A stretch of 64,000 nucleotides of DNA from Deltaproteobacteria bacterium (GTDB lineage Bacteria > Myxococcota_A > UBA796 > SXON01). The position numbers and the translations under genes were made by a program. The stretch is from contig CANFCK010000001.1 of the NCBI GenBank assembly GCA_947445035.1, forward strand, positions 50,044 to 114,043, read 5' to 3'. Below are positions 37,269 to 45,119 of this stretch, in pieces. The notes under the pieces were generated by a model, which saw nothing but the letters and a program-made list of their open reading frames with translations, had not been told where the DNA came from and ran no database searches. Every line of letters begins with the position of its first letter. Positions within the stretch are counted from its first letter, which is position 1.

Positions 37269-38459
37269 CTACGGGGGCGGCTCTTCCCCGGTGTCAGGCA
37301 TCATCGGCGGCGGCTGGCACGATGCCATCGCGTAGATGGCCGAGCCGATGTCGATGGCAGTGCCAGCGGCGCCGGTGGAGAGCTCGTAGGGCACGACCGA
37401 CGTTCCCTCACCCGACCAGACGCTCGGCTGGGCGATCGCCAGCAAGTCGCCGGTGGTCCCGGTGGTGAGGGTGCCAATGGACGTGCCGTCGCCAATGTAG
37501 TGGGTGACGGTGACGACGCCGCTGGCCTGGGTCGCGATCCAGACCGTGCCGTCGCTGCCGCCCCCGGTCATCCCGACGAAGGTTTGCCCGGTGAGGTCCA
37601 GCACCACGCCGCCGCTGGCAAGGGTGCTGACGTCGAACACTTCCAGCATGGCGCCGACGCTCCCGTGCGGTTCCAGCGCCATGAGCACGCCCGCCGCAGT
37701 GCCCACGCTGTCACGACCGGCGTTGCCGCCGGCGATGCGCCCGCTGCTGGCGATCGAGCCGCTTCCCGAGAAGTCGAGCACAGCGACGCCGCTGGATTCG
37801 TAGACGCCAGACGTGCGATTCACCCGGGCCACGACCGCGGCCACGCCAGTCGGGCCGGACCCAAAGCTCATCACGTCAGGGTTGCCGTCGCCATCGGCCA
37901 ACGAGGAGAGATCGATGCTGGCGGACGCCGCTCCCGCGTCGTTGAAGCCCACGACCGACGCGCTGCCCGTGCCGCCGAACCAGGTGTTCGGTGACTGGTA
38001 ATAGACGGCCTGCGGCGCAAAGCCGGCGTCCAGCGTCAAGGTCTTGGCCACCGTCTTTTCGCGTGAATTGATCCCGACGGCAGAATCACCCATGATCCAG
38101 ACGAACTGCCCTGCGCACCCCAGGGTGTCCGTCGGCGACGCCGTGAGCCCGCTGACGACGGCGGACGTACCGGCGCTGGGGTCGATCAAGTGCACTTCCG
38201 CGCCACCAGCCCCGTCATCGGCCAGGACCACGACTGTGGGCGGGCCGAAGTAGCCGCTTTCCGGGATGGGCGGGTTGGTGTCCGCCGTGTCGCCGGTTTC
38301 CCCGGTATCGGTGCCGGTATCCGTGCCGGTATCGGAATCGGTGCCCGTGTCCGAGGTGTCGGCCGTATCCGCCGAGTCTTTTCCCGAGGTGTCCGTTGTG
38401 TCGCCGTCACAGCCGAGAACGAGGACGAGAGGCAGAATCAAGAGCTTGGTGCGGTGCAT
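37269..38459 (-). CDS. Hypothetical lipoprotein with an Asp/Thr/Gly-rich linker
   Basis: ATG 38457..38459 gives MHRTKLLILPLVLVLGC (lipobox), then a DTTDTSGKDSADTADTSDTGTDSDTGTDTGTDTG linker and a beta-rich body. Confidence 0.7.
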   Translation of the reverse strand: MHRTKLLILPLVLVLGCDGDTTDTSGKDSADTADTSDTGTDSDTGTDTGTDTGETGDTADTNPPIPESGYFGPPTVVVLADDGAGGAEVHLIDPSAGTSAVVSGLTASPTDTLGCAGQFVWIMGDSAVGINSREKTVAKTLTLDAGFAPQAVYYQSPNTWFGGTGSASVVGFNDAGAASASIDLSSLADGDGNPDVMSFGSGPTGVAAVVARVNRTSGVYESSGVAVLDFSGSGSIASSGRIAGGNAGRDSVGTAAGVLMALEPHGSVGAMLEVFDVSTLASGGVVLDLTGQTFVGMTGGGSDGTVWIATQASGVVTVTHYIGDGTSIGTLTTGTTGDLLAIAQPSVWSGEGTSVVPYELSTGAAGTAIDIGSAIYAMASCQPPPMMPDTGEEPPP

Positions 38460-38592
38460 GTGGTCTCCAGCGGCCACGACGCTAACCTGAAAAGCCTCCC
38501 ACCCGCAGTTCCATCGGTCAAGGATGTGCTGGGAGAGCGGCCGGCTGGCTCAGGGCCGGCATTCGGGGTAAGGCCGCCGCCCGGGAGGGTGG

Positions 38593-39486
38593 ATGGTCCA
38601 GAGCCGTCCGGACTGGCTCAAAGTCAAGATGCCTGGCGGCGACCGGTACAACCGGATCAAAGCCCGGGCTCGCGAATTGCGCCTGCACACCGTGTGCGAA
38701 GAAGCCCGCTGCCCAAACGTTGGGGAGTGCTGGGGCGGAGGCACAGCCACGTTCATGGTGCTCGGCGACACCTGCACCCGTGGCTGCCGTTTCTGCGCGG
38801 TGATGACCGCGCGCAACCCCCCGCCGCCCGACGCGGCCGAGCCCGCTAATCTAGCCGATGCCATCGCTGAGATGGAGCTCGACTTCGTGGTGGTGACCAG
38901 CGTCAACCGCGACGACCTGCTCGACCAGGGGGCTGGGCACTTCGCGGCCTGCATCACCGCCTCGCGGGCCCGCAGTCCGCGCACGCTCGTCGAGGTCCTG
39001 ATCCCCGATCTGCGCGGTGACACCACGCTCTTGGACGTGATCCTGGCCGCGCGTCCCGATGTCCTGGCGCACAACGTCGAGACTGTGCCGCGGCTGCAGC
39101 TCCCCGTGCGCGACCCGCGCGCCTCCTGGTCGCAGTCCCTCGCCATCCTGGCCCACGCCAAGTCGCGCGGCGCGCTCACCAAGACCTCGATCCAGATCGG
39201 CCATGGTGAGACAGAGCGCGAGGTTCTCGACGCCATGCGGGAGCTTCGCGGCATCGACGTCGACTTCATCACCTTGGGGCAGTACCTGCGTCCAACACCC
39301 GCCCACCTCGCGGTCACCGAGTTCGTCACGCCGGAAGTCTTCGCGCGCTACGAGGCAGCCGGCCTGGCGATGGGCTTCCGTTACGTCGCGAGCGGGCCGC
39401 TCGTTCGATCCTCCTACAAGGCCGGTGAATACTTCATGCGCGACCTCATCCGGGCCCGTTCCGCCGTCCCGCAAGGGGACGCATGA
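38593..39486 (+). CDS. lipA: Lipoyl synthase
   Basis: RPDWLKVK, the CEEARCPNxxEC auxiliary cluster motif and the radical-SAM motif CTRGCRFC. Confidence 0.95.
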   Translation: MVQSRPDWLKVKMPGGDRYNRIKARARELRLHTVCEEARCPNVGECWGGGTATFMVLGDTCTRGCRFCAVMTARNPPPPDAAEPANLADAIAEMELDFVVVTSVNRDDLLDQGAGHFAACITASRARSPRTLVEVLIPDLRGDTTLLDVILAARPDVLAHNVETVPRLQLPVRDPRASWSQSLAILAHAKSRGALTKTSIQIGHGETEREVLDAMRELRGIDVDFITLGQYLRPTPAHLAVTEFVTPEVFARYEAAGLAMGFRYVASGPLVRSSYKAGEYFMRDLIRARSAVPQGDA

Positions 39487-40283
39487 CGCTCGGGCGCGAC
39501 GCGCTACGCGGGGCGCTGGCCGCCCACGCGGCAACGGCCACGGGAATCCTGGTCGGCGAAGGCGTCGGTGTGGCCGGCGTTTGCGCGGGTCTGGCCGGCA
39601 ACCAGCTCCGCACCCCGCTGTCGGAGGCGGGTTCCGTGGGGGTTGCGATCGGCCTCGCGTTGGCCGGTCGAGCGCCGGTGGTAGAGCTCATCGATCTTGC
39701 GGGGCTCGGCCGCGCCGCGGAAGCGCTCGGCGAGGCGGCGGACGTGGCGCTGCGCAGTGGTGGGGCCTTTCGAGCCACGATCGTGGTTCTGGCGGCGCTG
39801 CCGGACACGGCGGTCATCCCGACGCTTCCACCGGGAGTGACGCTCGCGGTCGCGGGTGTGCCCGAGGACGCCGCGGGCTTGCTCGCGGCGGCGCTCGGGG
39901 GGGGCGGGCCCGTTGTCCTCCTCGTCGCGGAGGCGGCGCTCGACGAGCGCGGAGAAGGCCCTTTCGATCCCCTCGGGGTACCGACAGTGCGTCGCGCCGG
40001 GTCAGGCGCCACCGTGCTCGCGGAGGGGGCCGGGGTCGCGCTGGCGCTCGCCGTGCCCAGCGAGGCCGAGGTCATCGACCTACGTGGGTGTCGCGACCCG
40101 GTCAGGCTCGGAGCGCTCTTCGGGCGCACGGGCCGGGTGGTGCTCTTCAGCCACGGAACCCAGCCCCTGGTCGCGGCGTTGGGCGACCACTTCTGGCGCC
40201 TCGAAAGCCGACCCGTCTTCGTTCCCGTCTCCGGGGGCGCCGACGCGCTCCGGGCGGCGCTCACCGACTCGTTCTCTCCCTGA
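39483..40283 (+). CDS. 2-oxoacid dehydrogenase E1 beta-like protein, shortened/divergent
   Basis: 266 aa that aligns by eye to E1 beta / transketolase Pyr + C-terminal domains (GEGVG..., RTPLSEAGSVGVAIGLALAGRAPVVEL, AEVIDLRGCRDP). It is about 60 aa shorter than typical E1 beta. The ATGA overlaps lipA. Confidence 0.7.
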   Translation: MTLGRDALRGALAAHAATATGILVGEGVGVAGVCAGLAGNQLRTPLSEAGSVGVAIGLALAGRAPVVELIDLAGLGRAAEALGEAADVALRSGGAFRATIVVLAALPDTAVIPTLPPGVTLAVAGVPEDAAGLLAAALGGGGPVVLLVAEAALDERGEGPFDPLGVPTVRRAGSGATVLAEGAGVALALAVPSEAEVIDLRGCRDPVRLGALFGRTGRVVLFSHGTQPLVAALGDHFWRLESRPVFVPVSGGADALRAALTDSFSP

Positions 40284-40293
40284 GGAAGCCCTG

Positions 40294-41595
40294 ATGTTCG
40301 TATTCGAGCTGCCGGAGATCGGCGAAGGTGTTGTCGAGGGCGAGATCGTGAGCTGGAAAATCGCCGCCGGCGAGATGGTGGCTATCGATCAGCCGATCTG
40401 CGAGATCATGACCGACAAGGCAACGGTGGAGATCAGCTCGCCGAAGTCCGGCCGCGTGGTGCGGCTGCACGGGGTTCCCGGCGACGTGATCAAGGTTCAC
40501 AGCGCGCTCATGGAGCTTGACCTGACTGGAGGCGGCGTCGCGGCCGCGCCGGCGGCCACCTCCGTTCCTGTCGCGACGCCCACCGCCAAGGCCGCGCCGC
40601 CACCCCCGGTAAAAACCTTGGCCAATGCCGCGACCACTCCCGCCGCCGGTCCCCACCCCGCGGTCGCCGCACGCCTGCCACCGCCGCCGCGTCCCGCTGG
40701 CGAAAAGGCCCTCGCCAGCCCTGCTGTCCGCCACGAAGCCAGTTCCCGCGGGGTCGAGTTGGACCTCGTCCCCGGCTCCGGAAAGGGCGGCCGTGTCACG
40801 CGTGACGACCTTGCCAGCTTCAACCAGGCCGCGCTGCCCAAGGCACCGCCCGCGCTCGTCGCCCCCATCGTCACCGCCGGCGCGGTGAACCAAGGTGACC
40901 AGCGGGTCCGGATCATCGGGCTCCGCCGCAAGATCAGCGAAAAGATGGTGCACGCCTGGCAGACGGCGCCGCACTTCACCTACGTCGATGAGCTCGACGC
41001 CAGCCGGTTGGTCGATCTCCGCAAATCCCTGGCTCCCCTCGCCGAAGCGCGCGGCGTCAAGCTCAGCTACCTGCCCTTCGTCATGAAGGCGCTGGTTTTG
41101 GTCTTCCGGGAGTTCCCGACGCTCAACGCGGTGATGGACGAGGCGAATTTCGACCTCATCGTCCGCGGCAACGTGAACATCGGGATCGCGACCGACACCC
41201 CAGCGGGGCTTTTCGTCCCGGTCATCAAGGATGTCCAGGCCAAGTCGCTTTTGCAGCTCGCGGCGGAGATCGCCGATGTCACCCAGCGCACCCGCGAAGG
41301 GAAGGCGAAGCTGGACGAGCTGAGCGGCGGCACGTTCACGATCACGTCGGTCGGCAACATCGGCGGGCGCTTCGCCACACCGATCCTCAATACTCCCGAG
41401 GTCGCCATCCTCGGCCTGAACCAGATTCACGACCGCCCGGTCGCGGTCGACGGCCTGGTGGTGATTCGACCGATGATGTACCTCTCGCCCAGCTTCGATC
41501 ATCGGGTGATCGACGGCGCGGTGGCCGCCCGCGCGGTCAGCGCGCTCAAGGCGATCCTCGAGAACCCAGCTCGACTTTTCGCGGACATGCTGTGA
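40294..41595 (+). CDS. Dihydrolipoamide acyltransferase (E2) of a 2-oxoacid dehydrogenase complex
   Basis: Lipoyl domain with EIMTDKATVEI, an Ala/Pro linker, a peripheral-subunit-binding domain (ASPAVRHEASSRGVELDLVPGSGKGGRVT) and a catalytic domain with DHRVIDGA. Confidence 0.92.
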   Translation: MFVFELPEIGEGVVEGEIVSWKIAAGEMVAIDQPICEIMTDKATVEISSPKSGRVVRLHGVPGDVIKVHSALMELDLTGGGVAAAPAATSVPVATPTAKAAPPPPVKTLANAATTPAAGPHPAVAARLPPPPRPAGEKALASPAVRHEASSRGVELDLVPGSGKGGRVTRDDLASFNQAALPKAPPALVAPIVTAGAVNQGDQRVRIIGLRRKISEKMVHAWQTAPHFTYVDELDASRLVDLRKSLAPLAEARGVKLSYLPFVMKALVLVFREFPTLNAVMDEANFDLIVRGNVNIGIATDTPAGLFVPVIKDVQAKSLLQLAAEIADVTQRTREGKAKLDELSGGTFTITSVGNIGGRFATPILNTPEVAILGLNQIHDRPVAVDGLVVIRPMMYLSPSFDHRVIDGAVAARAVSALKAILENPARLFADML

Positions 41596-42152
41596 ACGGC
41601 GACAGCCCCAACGGTTTTCGCACCTGGTGCGAGGCGCAGCCCGCCGCCTCCGGGGTGCTCGGCGTCGCAGCGCTGGTGGAAGGCGTTGTCGCAGCGGTGC
41701 CGAAGCGGGCATGGCTTTTCCCCGGGCGGCGGGAGCGTGGTGCGGCGATCCTCCGCGGGGCCGATGCGGAGCGGATCGCAGCGGCGCGGCCGTACAAAGT
41801 GGTGCCCCCTGGGGAGTCCCCTTCGGTGCGCGCGCTGACCGCCGTGGGCGTCGCGATCGCGGGCGAGCCCGCGGTCTGCTTCCTCGGCACGGGCTCGGTC
41901 AGCTACGGCAACGTCTCCGAGGCCTTGAACCTCGCCGCGCTGCACAAGGCGCCGGTGGTCTTCGTGGTGTCCTGGTACGGCGAGGATGGCCCCTTCGCGC
42001 CGCAGTTGGCGGTCTCGCCCGCGGTTTATGGCGCGGCCCTCGGGCTGGCGACGGCGACTTGTGACGGGGCCGACGCGGACAGCGTGAGCGCCGCGGTGAA
42101 GAAGGTGGGGGCCGGCCCAGCGCTGGTGGTTGCGACGATGCCGCATGGCTGA
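41592..42152 (+). CDS. E1 alpha-like fragment-sized protein with a degenerate ThDP-binding motif
   Basis: 186 aa with a GTG start overlapping the E2 stop. CFLGTGSVSYGNVSEALNLAALHKAPVVFVVSWY aligns to the E1 alpha sequence GDGA..EG.FHEALNFAA..KLPV.FV.ENN, but the Asp and the NN are lost. Confidence 0.6.
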   Translation: MNGDSPNGFRTWCEAQPAASGVLGVAALVEGVVAAVPKRAWLFPGRRERGAAILRGADAERIAAARPYKVVPPGESPSVRALTAVGVAIAGEPAVCFLGTGSVSYGNVSEALNLAALHKAPVVFVVSWYGEDGPFAPQLAVSPAVYGAALGLATATCDGADADSVSAAVKKVGAGPALVVATMPHG

Positions 42153-42837
42153 GGACCACTGGGAGGTCTTGGACGCCGCGCTTCCGCTGGTTGGCCTCCG
42201 CTACGGACCCCAGGACACGCGCATGGCCCTGGTCGGCCTGGGCGGCGGTGATTTGCTGGTGATGAGCCCGGGGTCGGGGCTGTCGGAGCTCGAGTGGGCG
42301 CGGATCGCCGAGTTCGGCACGCCGCGCTGGCTCCTGGCGCCCAACCACTTTCACAGCGCGGGCATCGGCGCGTGGAAGGAGCGGTATCCGCGCGTGCGGG
42401 TCGTCGCCCATCCCACCGCGATCCCTCGACTGAAAATCAAGGTGCCGACGGTGGAGTTCGAGGACGTCTCCAGCTTGGCGGTCGCTTTGCCCACCTCGGT
42501 GCGGTTGATGCACCCACCGACCACCAAGCAAGGGGAGACCTGGCTTTCCATGCGCGTGGGCGTCGGTTGCGCGTGGTTCGTCACCGACGGCCTCGTCAAC
42601 GAGACCAAGCTTCCCGGCTTGTTGGGCGGGTTGATGTGGCTCATCGGGTTTCGGGCCCGGCTGATGGTGAATCCGCTGTTCAAACGGATTTTCCTCCGCG
42701 ATCTCGCGGCGTACCAAGCCTGGGTGCTCGGAGAGTTGGAGCGAGACGCGCCGACCCTGTTCATCCCTTCCCATGGGGCCGTCATCCGCGGCGAGGACAC
42801 CACGGCGCGGCTGCGGGCGGCGGTCGAGCAAGGATGA
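42145..42837 (+). CDS. MBL-fold-like protein (DUF4336-like)
   Basis: Start MAEDHWEVL. It contains LLAPNHFHSAG and IPSHGAVIRG segments resembling a degenerate metallo-beta-lactamase fold. It overlaps the preceding stop by 8 nt. Confidence 0.6.
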   Translation: MAEDHWEVLDAALPLVGLRYGPQDTRMALVGLGGGDLLVMSPGSGLSELEWARIAEFGTPRWLLAPNHFHSAGIGAWKERYPRVRVVAHPTAIPRLKIKVPTVEFEDVSSLAVALPTSVRLMHPPTTKQGETWLSMRVGVGCAWFVTDGLVNETKLPGLLGGLMWLIGFRARLMVNPLFKRIFLRDLAAYQAWVLGELERDAPTLFIPSHGAVIRGEDTTARLRAAVEQG

Positions 42838-42853
42838 GGCGTTGATCGGGCCC

Positions 42854-43747
42854 TTACCCCTCCCACCACTCCCGCGGCAAGACCACCTCCGCCTCTTCCT
42901 CCGCCTCGGGAATCGGCCAGATGTCGCCCCAGAGCGACTGCCCCCCGTCCATGGTCAGCACCTGCCCGGTGACAAACGCCGCCGCTGGCGACAGCAAGAA
43001 CGCGATGCCGGCGGCGATCTCCTCGGCCGTCGCGAAACGTTTCATCGGCACCCGCCGCTGGAAGTCCTGGAGGTCCACCACGCCCGCCGGGTAGTTGCGA
43101 AAGCCCGAGCTGGCGACCAGGCCGGGTGCCACGCAGTTGACGCGCACCCCGCGGCCCGCCCACTCCACCGCCAAGGTTCGCGACAAGGCCTCGACGCCCG
43201 CGCGCGCGGCGACGCTGTGGGCCATCCCCGGAAAGCCCCGCCGGGACAACATCGTGACGTTGCAGATCGCGCCGCCGTGGTCCAACATCCACGCTTTCGC
43301 GACCGCCTGGGTGACCCCCCACTGCCCGGTCAGGTTGGTGGCAACCACCGCATCCCACCCACGGGGCGTGATGGCCTCAGCGGGGGAAAAGAACTGGCCC
43401 CCTCCGTTGTTCACCAGCAGGTCTATGCGTCCGAAACGACCGAGGGTGGCGGCCACCAGTCGATCGATCGCGTCGCGATCGCGCACGTCGCACACCACGC
43501 CGAGCACCTCGCGCCCCAGCTCCTCGGAGAGCCCCTTCGCCGCCGGGGCGATGTTGCTGTCCCTCCGGGAGGCAATGGCCACCTGGGCCCCCATCCGTCC
43601 AAGCTGGCGTGCCGTCGCGACACCGATACCGGTTCCACCCCCGGTCACCAGCGCTACTTTGCCGATGAACACGTCGTCGCGGAGGACCGAAGCCGCCGCG
43701 ATCGCCGCGTCCGCGCGCCCTTGCAGCGGGTCCTTGGCGTCAGCCAC
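42854..43747 (-). CDS. SDR-family oxidoreductase (enoyl/dienoyl-CoA reductase-like)
   Basis: Cofactor motif VALVTGGGTGIG and an NNGG-type motif (LVNNGGGQF) are present. The GTG at 43745..43747 is preferred over the ATG at 43798 because it reduces the overlap with hisS to 8 nt. Confidence 0.85.
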   Translation of the reverse strand: MADAKDPLQGRADAAIAAASVLRDDVFIGKVALVTGGGTGIGVATARQLGRMGAQVAIASRRDSNIAPAAKGLSEELGREVLGVVCDVRDRDAIDRLVAATLGRFGRIDLLVNNGGGQFFSPAEAITPRGWDAVVATNLTGQWGVTQAVAKAWMLDHGGAICNVTMLSRRGFPGMAHSVAARAGVEALSRTLAVEWAGRGVRVNCVAPGLVASSGFRNYPAGVVDLQDFQRRVPMKRFATAEEIAAGIAFLLSPAAAFVTGQVLTMDGGQSLWGDIWPIPEAEEEAEVVLPREWWEG

Positions 43748-45032
43748 GGACGGCGGCGGCCAGCTCGCTGCGGGGCACGGCTCGCTGCTGGCTGTCACGA
43801 AGGTCCTTCAGGGCCACCACGCCGGCGTCGACCTCGTCCGGGCCGAGCACCACGGCGTACGGAATCCCGCGCCCTGCGGCATATTTGAACTGTTTCCCGA
43901 GGGCGCCCGGCTCGCCCAACCACACCTCCGCCTCGACCCCCGCCGCCCGCAGCTCGGTGGCCACTCGTAGCGAGGCACCATCGAGCTCATGGGAGAATCG
44001 CGTCACCAGGACGCGCGTCCGCGTGCCCGAGCTAGGAAGCATGCCGCGCTCTTCCATGACCACCAGGAGCCGTTCCAGACCCAGCGAGATGCCCACGGCC
44101 GGCACGCTGCGGCCGCTGAACATGCCCACCAGCCCGTCGTATCGACCCCCGCCGGAGACCGAGCCGACGCCGCCGTCGGTGATCACTGCCTCGAAAACGG
44201 GGCCGGTGTAGTACCCGAGACCGCGCGCCAACGTCGCGTCGAAGACGACGTTCTTGGCGCCCATCGCCGCGGCGTGGGCCAGCACCTGTCGCAGCTCGGC
44301 CGCAGGGCCCGCGGCGGCTTCGCCAGCCGCCGCTTCGACCGCAGCCAGATCGCCCGGCGCGGCGAGGATTTCCCAGAGGCGGGCGACCACCGCGTCCTCG
44401 AAGCCACGGGCGCTCAGCTCTTTGCTCACCCCTTCGATGCCGATCTTGTCGAGCTTGTCGACGGCGACGAGCACCTCGCCCTCGCGAGCGGCCGCGCCCG
44501 CCGCGGCGACGATCGCGCTGAGCAGGGCGCGGTGGTTGAGCTTCAGCTCGAAGTCCTTGAATCCCAACGCGCAAAGGGCGTCGCTGGCCACCGCCAGGCA
44601 CTCGGCATCGGCCACGCGGGAGTTGATGCCGACAATGTCAGCGTCGCACTGGTAAAACTCGCGGAATCGCCCCCGCTGGGGCCGATCCGCCCGCCACACC
44701 GGCTGCACCTGGTAGCGCTTGAAGGGCATGGGCAACGCCGCGTTCTGCGCGACAACCCGTGCCAGGGGCACGGTCAGGTCGTATCGCAACGCGAGGTCGG
44801 CCTTGCCCTCTCGCCCGCCTTCGCCCCGCTCAAGGATGCGGAAGATGAGCTTTTCGCCTTCGTCGCCGTATTTCCCGGTGAGCGTCTCGACGTTTTCGAA
44901 GGCTGGGGTCTCGAGCGGCTCGAACCCGTAGCGGGCGAAGACCTCGCGGATGACGCCGATCACGTGCAAGCGGGCGTGCATCTGGGCGGGCAAAAGGTCT
45001 CGGGTGCCGCGGGCGTTCTTGACGGGGCTCAT
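43740..45032 (-). CDS. hisS: Histidine--tRNA ligase
   Basis: MSPVKNARGTRDLLP...FEPLETPAFE (motif 1 region), YQVQPVWRADRPQRGRFREFYQCD (motif 2) and GGGRYDGL (motif 3). Start taken at the ATG 45030..45032. Confidence 0.95.
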   Translation of the reverse strand: MSPVKNARGTRDLLPAQMHARLHVIGVIREVFARYGFEPLETPAFENVETLTGKYGDEGEKLIFRILERGEGGREGKADLALRYDLTVPLARVVAQNAALPMPFKRYQVQPVWRADRPQRGRFREFYQCDADIVGINSRVADAECLAVASDALCALGFKDFELKLNHRALLSAIVAAAGAAAREGEVLVAVDKLDKIGIEGVSKELSARGFEDAVVARLWEILAAPGDLAAVEAAAGEAAAGPAAELRQVLAHAAAMGAKNVVFDATLARGLGYYTGPVFEAVITDGGVGSVSGGGRYDGLVGMFSGRSVPAVGISLGLERLLVVMEERGMLPSSGTRTRVLVTRFSHELDGASLRVATELRAAGVEAEVWLGEPGALGKQFKYAAGRGIPYAVVLGPDEVDAGVVALKDLRDSQQRAVPRSELAAAVRG

Positions 45033-45119
45033 CGGGGTTGAATAACCCGGCCGCCGGCCGCCTCTCCCCGCCCGCCCAGCCGCAGCGCGCACAACAGGCG
45101 TCGCGACGGGATGGGCAAC

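Noticed and set aside
34316-37468. A 1050-aa plus-strand ORF covering the whole icmF region.
   Set aside because: It is antisense to a gene with unambiguous B12-binding, P-loop and mutase motifs. Its translation is low-complexity (R/G/V/D/H runs). Shadow ORF.
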